From the NCBI GenBank assembly GCA_964564895.1, contig CAZMCB010000003.1:6800-64904 (forward strand): a DNA stretch of 58,105 nucleotides, given 5' to 3'. The stretch is from an uncultured Pseudomonadales bacterium. Its GTDB lineage: Bacteria; Patescibacteriota; Microgenomatia; UBA1400; MFAQ01. Below the pieces are notes generated by a model. That model saw only the letters and a list, made by a program, of their open reading frames with translations, did not search any database and was not told the origin of the DNA. The translations under genes and the position numbers were made by a program. Shown piece by piece: positions 18,340 through 25,576 of this stretch (position 1 is the first letter of the stretch; every line of letters starts with the position of its first letter).

Positions 18340-18795
18340 ATGGATATCAAAAAACTATTATCCAAAAAGAATTTATATTTAATTGGTATTGTTCTAATGA
18401 TTATATTAATTATTGTTTTACAAACAATAACTAAAAATAATTCCACAACACCAACTACAACAATAAAACCAACTCCTACGATAGAAAGTAATTTAGATTC
18501 CAACCCTGTTCAAAACACAGATGCTTGGAATGAGGCTTTCAACAAAGATCTTGATAACTTTGAAAAATCAAGAAATGTTGTCGCCGACAAGTCTCTCTCA
18601 GAAATAAGACTAAACTCACCTATCGATGTTTTTGGAAATACAATTGAATACAGTTACAGAACAGCCACTTACAATATTTCTTTATTAACTCCGTACACTG
18701 ACAATCAAAATATTGTATTGTCTTGGTTTAACCAAAAAGGAGTAACCCAAGAAATAATTAAAGACTTAAGGATAAACTGGATTCAAGAAAAATAA
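18340..18795 (+). CDS. Single-TM hypothetical protein
   Basis: Basic N-terminus, TM helix, TTPTTT linker; same layout as 7053-7571. Confidence 0.7.
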   Translation: MDIKKLLSKKNLYLIGIVLMIILIIVLQTITKNNSTTPTTTIKPTPTIESNLDSNPVQNTDAWNEAFNKDLDNFEKSRNVVADKSLSEIRLNSPIDVFGNTIEYSYRTATYNISLLTPYTDNQNIVLSWFNQKGVTQEIIKDLRINWIQEK

Positions 18796-18796
18796 A

Positions 18797-19909
18797 TTAA
18801 TCCTGTACTCTTACAGGCATTACTACCTGAACCCAAGTATCTTCATCCTCATTTCTAAAAACACTAGGTTTTAGTTCTCCTTCTGTTTCCCAAATTACTT
18901 TTTCAGAAGTACAGCTAGCTAAATAATCTAGTAAATATCGTGCATTAAAAGCAACCATCAGTTCATCTCCTTCAATTGTTGCGGCAATCTTACTCACACT
19001 AGTTCCAACTTGAGAGCTTTCAGCTCGAACAACTACTCCATCTTTTTCCATTTGTAATTTAACAATATTGGCATTGTCCCGAGCAAACAAACTAGCTCTT
19101 TTAACGCCCTCTAATATCTCTGCTTTACCAAACACAGCCCTAGACGAGTAAGTGTTCGGCATGATCTGTTGATAAGGAGGAAACTCGCCCGCAATAAGTC
19201 TTGAAGTAACTTCAATATCTCCTACTTTAAAAATAACTTGATGATTTTCTTTACTAAACTCTAAAGAAAAATCATCAGCACCTGTCTCTCCAAGCATTTT
19301 TGAAACTTCTTGCAGTGACCTTGCAGGTAAAATCAATCGCGTTTCCTTTTCTAACTCTGTTTTTGACAAAGTTAGTTTATCAACAGAAAGTCGATATCCA
19401 TCTGTCGCAACAAGAGAAATTTTTTCTTCATTAATCTCCCACAACACACCAGTCAAAACAGGTCTAGTATCATCTCTTGCCGCACTCACACATACTCTAT
19501 CCACTTTTTGCCTAAAATCTCCACTTCTAAGAACCAACTGCGGTTTACTAGCTCTTGGTACACTGGGAAAATCTTCAGCTCCCTGACCTACAATCTCAGA
19601 AACAATTCCATCGACTTCAATTTTTACTACGTGTTTTTCAACAGTTAAAGTTACACTCCCTGAGGGAAATCCGGAAACAAGTTCTGAAAATAACTTTGCA
19701 GGAACAACAACTTCACCTTCTTCTTCAACTTTTGCTGAAATACTAAGCCAAAAACTTACTTCCAGATCAGTTGCCACCAAACTTACTCCATCTTTATCTG
19801 CTTTTAAAAGAACTCCAGACAATATAGGTAACTGAGGTCTCGAACTTACTCCCCTACTTACTATACCTAAGGTTCTTTTAAGCTCTTCTGATTGAACGAT
19901 AATTTTCAT
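18797..19909 (-). CDS. dnaN: DNA polymerase III beta clamp
   Basis: RPQLPILSGVLL, ATDLE, DDTRPVLTGV, ATDGYRL, SRLIAGEFPPY, FNARYLLD, VMPVR. Confidence 0.97.
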   Translation of the reverse strand: MKIIVQSEELKRTLGIVSRGVSSRPQLPILSGVLLKADKDGVSLVATDLEVSFWLSISAKVEEEGEVVVPAKLFSELVSGFPSGSVTLTVEKHVVKIEVDGIVSEIVGQGAEDFPSVPRASKPQLVLRSGDFRQKVDRVCVSAARDDTRPVLTGVLWEINEEKISLVATDGYRLSVDKLTLSKTELEKETRLILPARSLQEVSKMLGETGADDFSLEFSKENHQVIFKVGDIEVTSRLIAGEFPPYQQIMPNTYSSRAVFGKAEILEGVKRASLFARDNANIVKLQMEKDGVVVRAESSQVGTSVSKIAATIEGDELMVAFNARYLLDYLASCTSEKVIWETEGELKPSVFRNEDEDTWVQVVMPVRVQD

Positions 19910-20216
19910 AGATTTTCCTTCTAATTATTATATTAATCTAAAAACTAGTAACAATAGTAATAAGGTATGTTGATTTGTTGATTATACGCACGAGTCAATC
20001 TTGATTTTTGTGTTAATAAATATTGTTCAATTGTTATATCGCGCTTTTTAAAGCATTTTTACAATTTCGGAAGACTGAAAAGTTCAGAACAACCGATTTA
20101 TCTTGTTGATAATTTTCTGGATAACTTTGTATCCTTATCAACATTTCTTTTTAATGACCCTTATTTAATCCACCATTTTCGAAGTTATCCACGCTCTGGG
20201 GATAAGTTGTGGATAT
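19910..20216. other. oriC (dnaA-dnaN intergenic part) with DnaA boxes, DnaA-trios and AT cluster
   Basis: DnaA-box-like 9-mers at 20104-12, 20116-24, 20135-43, 20185-93, 20197-205, 20208-16; tandem boxes 19968-84; TAG/TAA/CAA trios 19946-63; AT cluster 19925-36. Confidence 0.8.
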
Positions 20217-21596
20217 TTACGTGTATAACGCTTGTTTAATGGCAGTCACTTTTCGCCTTATATCGCTATTTTGGTCAACTTCACTTTTTACTTTTTCTAC
20301 TGCGTGCATCACTGTTGTATGATCTCTTCCACCCATAATTTCTCCGACCTTCTCGAGCTGTATATTTAAAGAGTCTCTAAGTAAAAACATAGCAATATGT
20401 CGAGCCACCACCAAGTCCGCTTTTCTACTAGTTCCCAAAAGATCTTTATTTCTATAGTCAAAATACTTAGCAACTGTTGAAATAACTTTAATTGGTCTCA
20501 CTTTAATTTCCTTTACAAAATTTGCGGGCAAACCCATTGTCTGTTGAACCATTTCTTTAGTGAGAATCCCCGCATCTAAACTAGCTCCGACGGCAAGCTT
20601 TACAAAAGTACCTTCGAGCTCTCTAGCATTGGTATTAAAGTTGTTTGCCATTAACTCATATGCACCATCTTCAACGTTTACATTTATTTCTTGAGCTTTC
20701 TGGCGCAAGATAGCCAGTCTCATTTCATAATCTGGCAATCCAATATCCACAGCCATTCCCCCAAGAAATCTACTCTTCAATCTATCCTCCAACCCTTCAA
20801 TATCTTGCGGTTTTCGGTCACTAGTCATCACAATTTGTGCAGATTTATTTGTAAGCTCATTAAAAGTATGAAAGAACTCTTCTTGGGTTGAGTCTTTTCC
20901 TCCAAAGAATTGAACATCATCAATTAAGAGTGCCCCAACTTGACGATACTTCTTTTTAAAAGCATCTGTCATTTTTGATCTGAGTGACCCTACCAAATCA
21001 TTTGTGAACTGTTCCGAAGTTACATATACAACCTTACCAACCCCTTTTTTTACTAACTCATGTCCCACCGCATGCATCAAATGTGTTTTTCCTACCCCTA
21101 CTCCTCCATAAATAAACAACGGATTGTGTCTGGTTCCAGGGAAATCTACGACTGCTTTTCCTGCAGCAAAAGCTAAGCGGTTTGAACTACCTACTACGTA
21201 ATTATCAAATAAATATCGAGGGTTCAAATTGTTACCTACCTGTTTGTCTGGTTCAGGTGAAACAAACAAATTCATATTAGGTTCTTCTTTTACCGTCTTA
21301 CTAGGTTTACTTTCTTTCTCTGTTTTGCTCTGTTCAACCACAATTAGAGCGACATCACACCTCTTATGAGAAATTTTTTCCATTACCTGTTTTATGGTGC
21401 TGAAGTATTTTTCGTCGATTGTTCTCACATGATAGGCTGTCGGTGCAGCAAGCTCTACAATTATTCTTTCGTTATCTATTGGAGTAATAGTTTTAATAAA
21501 ACAAGGTTTTACAAAACCGTTAAAACCAGCCTGAGACATCGAGACTGAAAGCTCTCCGCATACTGCTTGCCATAAATGATTGGCGTCAATTTCCAT
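20217..21596 (-). CDS. dnaA: Chromosomal replication initiator DnaA
   Basis: NPLFIYGGVGVGKTHL, LLIDDVQF, QEEFFHTFN, DRLKSRF, NARELEG, GGRDHTTVMHA. Confidence 0.98.
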   Translation of the reverse strand: MEIDANHLWQAVCGELSVSMSQAGFNGFVKPCFIKTITPIDNERIIVELAAPTAYHVRTIDEKYFSTIKQVMEKISHKRCDVALIVVEQSKTEKESKPSKTVKEEPNMNLFVSPEPDKQVGNNLNPRYLFDNYVVGSSNRLAFAAGKAVVDFPGTRHNPLFIYGGVGVGKTHLMHAVGHELVKKGVGKVVYVTSEQFTNDLVGSLRSKMTDAFKKKYRQVGALLIDDVQFFGGKDSTQEEFFHTFNELTNKSAQIVMTSDRKPQDIEGLEDRLKSRFLGGMAVDIGLPDYEMRLAILRQKAQEINVNVEDGAYELMANNFNTNARELEGTFVKLAVGASLDAGILTKEMVQQTMGLPANFVKEIKVRPIKVISTVAKYFDYRNKDLLGTSRKADLVVARHIAMFLLRDSLNIQLEKVGEIMGGRDHTTVMHAVEKVKSEVDQNSDIRRKVTAIKQALYT

Positions 21597-21643
21597 AACG
21601 AAAAATAATAATAAGGGGGCAGGTGTAGTTCAGTTTTACCATG

Positions 21644-21652
21644 TTATCCACA
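21644..21652 (+). promoter_or_regulatory. Perfect DnaA box upstream of dnaA
   Basis: TTATCCACA in the dnaA-rpmH intergenic region (autoregulation or second half of a bipartite origin). Confidence 0.75.
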
Positions 21653-21810
21653 ATCTACAACCCCCAAAATACCCATCAAGAATACATCACAGAACATCAC
21701 CATGCCCAATCTCCGCAAAAACTTCTTCAATCGATCTACTGCTATATCCAACACATACAAACAAAAGTTTAAGGTATAATAACCTCCGTTCATCAATGAT
21801 AAAATAAAAC

Positions 21811-21948
21811 ATGCCAAAAAGAGTCTACCAACCCAAGAAAAAGAAACGTATTCGCACACACGGTTTCCGTATTAAAATGGCCTCCCATGATGGCCGAAAT
21901 GTCATCAAGCGCCGTCGCGCCAAAGGTAGGACAAAGTTATCGGTTTAA
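21811..21948 (+). CDS. rpmH: 50S ribosomal protein L34 (missing from the ORF track)
   Basis: My translation: [45 protein letters not shown]; TG-a-TAAAAT 5 nt before ATG. Confidence 0.97.
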   Translation: MPKRVYQPKKKKRIRTHGFRIKMASHDGRNVIKRRRAKGRTKLSV

Positions 21949-21951
21949 TTT

Positions 21952-22290
21952 ATGGCTCTTCCAAAGAGTCATCGCCTTTCCCTTCGCTTCAACAGAGAAC
22001 GCTTAACCAATACAGGCAAAACTTTATATGGTAAGTTTTTTACCCTAGTTGTTTCTGATACTCCCGAAAGCGAAAAATCAACATCTCCCCGACTAGCAAT
22101 TCTTTTATCAAAAAAAACGGCTACTCTTGCCACAGGCAGAAACAAAATCAAAAGAATTACTTCGGGTATTATTGAAAAACTATTTTCCTCCATTCCCCCA
22201 AAAGATTATCTTGTCATCCCCAAAAAACAAGTTTTAACAGAAGATAACAAAAATATTTCCGAAGATCTTCAAAACCTATTTGTTAAATAA
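21952..22290 (+). CDS. rnpA: Ribonuclease P protein component
   Basis: LPKSHRL, RLAILLSKK..ATGRNKIKR (RNR motif); position after rpmH. Confidence 0.9.
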   Translation: MALPKSHRLSLRFNRERLTNTGKTLYGKFFTLVVSDTPESEKSTSPRLAILLSKKTATLATGRNKIKRITSGIIEKLFSSIPPKDYLVIPKKQVLTEDNKNISEDLQNLFVK

Positions 22291-22522
22291 TATGCTGGCT
22301 TTCTATCATAAGTATTTATCACCCATCTATCATTTGTTAGGCAAAACTTTGTTTGGCTCCTCCTTTGCTTGTCGATTTTCCCCTACTTGTTCTGTCTATG
22401 CTAAGACAGCCTATCGTCGATATGGTATTATTCAAGGGACAAAACTGTCACTTAATAGAATACTAAGATGTAACCCCCTATTCAAAGGTGGTTTCGACCC
22501 CGTTCCTGATAAAATCAAATAA
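22280..22522 (+). CDS. yidD: Membrane protein insertion efficiency factor YidD
   Basis: CRFSPTCSVYA...RILRCNPLFKGGFDPVP. Confidence 0.92.
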   Translation: MLNNMLAFYHKYLSPIYHLLGKTLFGSSFACRFSPTCSVYAKTAYRRYGIIQGTKLSLNRILRCNPLFKGGFDPVPDKIK

Positions 22523-22524
22523 CT

Positions 22525-23277
22525 ATGCTCGCACCAATAAACGGAATCCTTTATCAAGCACTCCTATTTTTCTACCAACTCTTTGGGGGAAATCTTGGTC
22601 TCTCAATTATTGCCATCACTCTAATTACCAAAGTTATTCTCCTTCCTTTAGTTATTCCTTCTCTTAAGTCTGCCAAAAAGATGCAAGATCTAAAGCCTGA
22701 GTTAGACAGGCTCAAAGCAAAAATCACCGATAAAACAGCCTTTCAGCAAGCTCAAATTGCACTCTATAAAGAAAAGGGAATTAATCCAGCTGCAGGCTGT
22801 CTTCCTCAGATTTTTCAAATTATTATTCTTATTTCTCTTTATCAGGTCTTCATGTACTTCCTCAAACAGACATCTGTCGAAGGCACTGTTCTCAATCCAT
22901 ATTTTCTCTATCTAGACCTTACCAAGCCAGACAGAACCTACATAATGCCAATTCTCGCAGGTGTTTCACAGCTCGTTTTCTCTTTAATGATGCAATCAGG
23001 GGTAATTTCTGAAGTAAAAAATCCCAAAAAGAAAGATGAAAAGAAAAAAGAAGAAAACAAACTCGAAATGGCTACCAGCATGCAGCAACAAATGGTATAT
23101 ATGATGCCTCTTATGACCGTCATAATTTCAATTAACTTCCAGTCAGGTCTTGTCCTCTATTGGGTGTTGTCTACCATCTTCTCTTTAGTCCAACAATATT
23201 TCTTCTCTGGTTGGGGTGGTCTAATTCCTGCGATAAACAAAGCCAAACTTTTTCTATTCCGTATAACCGGAAAATAA
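22525..23277 (+). CDS. yidC: Membrane protein insertase YidC/Oxa1
   Basis: GLSIIAIT..K..LLP, LYKEKGINPAAGCLP..Q, GLVLYW, QQ motif. Confidence 0.92.
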   Translation: MLAPINGILYQALLFFYQLFGGNLGLSIIAITLITKVILLPLVIPSLKSAKKMQDLKPELDRLKAKITDKTAFQQAQIALYKEKGINPAAGCLPQIFQIIILISLYQVFMYFLKQTSVEGTVLNPYFLYLDLTKPDRTYIMPILAGVSQLVFSLMMQSGVISEVKNPKKKDEKKKEENKLEMATSMQQQMVYMMPLMTVIISINFQSGLVLYWVLSTIFSLVQQYFFSGWGGLIPAINKAKLFLFRITGK

Positions 23278-23307
23278 TTAACTTGAATATAAATTAAAAA
23301 AACAAAA

Positions 23308-23772
23308 ATGGATCAGTCAAAAATCAAAGAAATTTTATCCAACGTTCTTTCTCAACTAGCCCTAGATGAAGACCAAATCAAAATCGATCTCGCCGACGAT
23401 GAAAATGTAAACATCTCACTTTCCCTCCCCCAAGAATCAGCAGGTGTCTTTGTTGGTCATCACGGAGAAGGACTCTCTGCCCTTCGAATGATATTCTCAC
23501 TCATCATTTTCCAACGCTTTGGTGTTTGGCCAAAACTTCACCTTAACGTCAATGACTACCAAGAGCGTCGAGAAGAAACCCTCAAAGAACTAGCACAAGA
23601 TGCCGCAGAGAGATCTGTCAGTCTTCAAAAGGAAATCATTCTACCAAACTTAAGCTCTTACGAGCGTCGTATCATCCACATGTTCCTTTCAGAGTTCCCA
23701 GGAATCAAAACTGAGTCTCGTGGCGAAGCTCCTTTCCGTCAGATGGTAATCGTCCCTGTAGTCCAAGAATAA
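23308..23772 (+). CDS. jag: Jag/KhpB (KH + R3H) RNA-binding protein lacking the Jag N-domain
   Basis: FVGHHGEGLSAL (KH), LSSYERRIIHMFL...TESRGEAPFR (R3H). Confidence 0.85.
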   Translation: MDQSKIKEILSNVLSQLALDEDQIKIDLADDENVNISLSLPQESAGVFVGHHGEGLSALRMIFSLIIFQRFGVWPKLHLNVNDYQERREETLKELAQDAAERSVSLQKEIILPNLSSYERRIIHMFLSEFPGIKTESRGEAPFRQMVIVPVVQE

Positions 23773-23793
23773 TTTTCTTGTACAATCGGGGCA

Positions 23794-24936
23794 GTGCTAA
23801 GCAACTTCTTGATCAAGATTATTGTGTTCTTGTTACCTACACAGTTAGGTCTTCATTTTTGGCCTTCATTTTCACGGGTCGCTGGAATTAAGGTCGATTA
23901 CCTCTCCCCCACACTTTATTTCATAGATGTTCTCTTAATATTCTTGTTGGTATTAAACATAAAGAGAATTCATAAATATATTAAGGACAACTGGCTAGCG
24001 GTCATTGTTATTCTTTTCTTTGCAACACTAAATACCACTCTTTCGGTATCCCCTCTCAACTCTCTATTTTGGTGGTTGAGAACCACCTTTTACATTCTAG
24101 TCTTCATTGTTTTTCGTCTTCGAAATCTCAGTTGGGAACAAATTAGAAATCCCCTGTTCTATAGCACAGTATTAGTTGTCCTATTAGAAATAGCTCAGTT
24201 TATTAACCAGTCCTCGATTGGAGGCATTTTCTATTATCTAGGTGAAAGAGCATACGGAGCCACCACCCCAGCTATTGGTCGTCTAAATCTTCTCGGTCAA
24301 GAAATTCTTCGTCCAATTAGCACTTTCTCTCACGCAAACTCCTTGGCTGGATATCTGCTTGTAGTCTTTTATATGTTTTCAAAAATGAGTTCCTTTTCTT
24401 GGAAGAAAGTTGCCCCTTTTTTAGGAATTCTTCTAACATTTTCGAAAACCGCCATTTTTGGTCTTGCCATAGTCATCTTTAATATCAGATCCGAAATAAC
24501 AATAATTGTTTCCGTTATTTTGACAACAATTCAACCTTTCATTCAAAATATCACTTCGAATGCCCAATCAATATCTGATCGTTTGTTTTTCTTTAACTAT
24601 CAAAAAAAGATAATGCTTCAAAACATATTTTCAGGGGTTGGCCTTGGCGGATACATTCCGTCTCTAGGTAATCAACTACCAGGTTCTTTTCTCACCCCAG
24701 CAAAACTACAGCCAATTCACAATCTTCCTATTTTGATGTTTACAGAGATTGGAATTATAGGAACTGCACTATCACTGTTTACAATAATCAAGAAAAAAGT
24801 ATGGCAGCTAATCACCAACCCACTAGTTCTTGGACTAATTGCCATAGTAATATTCACAGGTGTGTTTGATCACTATTCGTGGACACTTCCTCAAAATAGA
24901 CTTATCTTTCTCCTTGCGTTAGCTATAATGCTTTAA
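23794..24936 (+). CDS. O-antigen ligase / O-oligosaccharyltransferase-like polytopic membrane protein
   Basis: About 10 TM helices; RPISTFSHANSLAG, TFSKTA, GVGLGGY, QPIHN..L...E.GIIG, FDHY motifs. Confidence 0.7.
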   Translation: MLSNFLIKIIVFLLPTQLGLHFWPSFSRVAGIKVDYLSPTLYFIDVLLIFLLVLNIKRIHKYIKDNWLAVIVILFFATLNTTLSVSPLNSLFWWLRTTFYILVFIVFRLRNLSWEQIRNPLFYSTVLVVLLEIAQFINQSSIGGIFYYLGERAYGATTPAIGRLNLLGQEILRPISTFSHANSLAGYLLVVFYMFSKMSSFSWKKVAPFLGILLTFSKTAIFGLAIVIFNIRSEITIIVSVILTTIQPFIQNITSNAQSISDRLFFFNYQKKIMLQNIFSGVGLGGYIPSLGNQLPGSFLTPAKLQPIHNLPILMFTEIGIIGTALSLFTIIKKKVWQLITNPLVLGLIAIVIFTGVFDHYSWTLPQNRLIFLLALAIML

Positions 24937-24939
24937 AAT

Positions 24940-25377
24940 ATGATCATGCAAGAAAAATACAGCCTTCTAGAAATAAAAACTGATGGAGGTTCACGTGGCA
25001 ATCCTGGGCCTGCCGGAATTGGAGTTTATGCCACATCAAATGGTGAAATAGTCTTCACTCTATCCGAAACCATAGGAGAAACAACCAACAATGTCGCAGA
25101 GTACACTGCCGTAATTAGAAGTCTAGAGACACTGCTCGAGAAGAAAATTTTTACGGAAAAATTAAAATATGTTTTGGACTCAGAACTAATAGTTCGCCAG
25201 ATAGTAGGAAAATACAAAGTAAAACTCCCCCACCTTAAATTGCTTCGCCAGCAAGTAGTTGATCTAGTTAAAGAACTTCGTGAAAAGAAACAAATTGAAC
25301 TAATGTCGTTTATTACTGTTCCCCGTGAACAAAACAAAGAAGCTGACTCCCTAGTAAACGAAGCCCTCGACAAATAG
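24940..25377 (+). CDS. rnhA: Ribonuclease HI
   Basis: TDGGSRGNPGPAGIG, TNNVAEY, DSELIVRQ..GKYKVK, PREQNKEADSLVN. Confidence 0.9.
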   Translation: MIMQEKYSLLEIKTDGGSRGNPGPAGIGVYATSNGEIVFTLSETIGETTNNVAEYTAVIRSLETLLEKKIFTEKLKYVLDSELIVRQIVGKYKVKLPHLKLLRQQVVDLVKELREKKQIELMSFITVPREQNKEADSLVNEALDK

Positions 25378-25395
25378 TCTTACATAAGTAAATAT

Positions 25396-25419
25396 AGCCC
25401 CGCTCTTTCGGGGCTTTTT
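25396..25419 (+). terminator. Intrinsic terminator
   Basis: AGCCCCG-CTCTTT-CGGGGCT-TTTT after rnhA. Confidence 0.85.
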
Positions 25420-25433
25420 GTTGACTCAAACTC

Positions 25434-25442
25434 TGTGGATAA
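25434..25442 (-). promoter_or_regulatory. Perfect DnaA box
   Basis: TGTGGATAA (= TTATCCACA) in the 200-nt intergenic region upstream of the DUF4012-like gene. Confidence 0.5.
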
Positions 25443-25576
25443 CTTTAAACAGCCTCGTGCTTAGATTTTCATGTGTGAAAAGTAAGTACAGAATAATAAT
25501 TTAGTTAGGCATAAAACGAAAAAGAAATCAAGCGTAAATTAAAATAATAATAATGTAAATACTAATAGAGCAAGAA

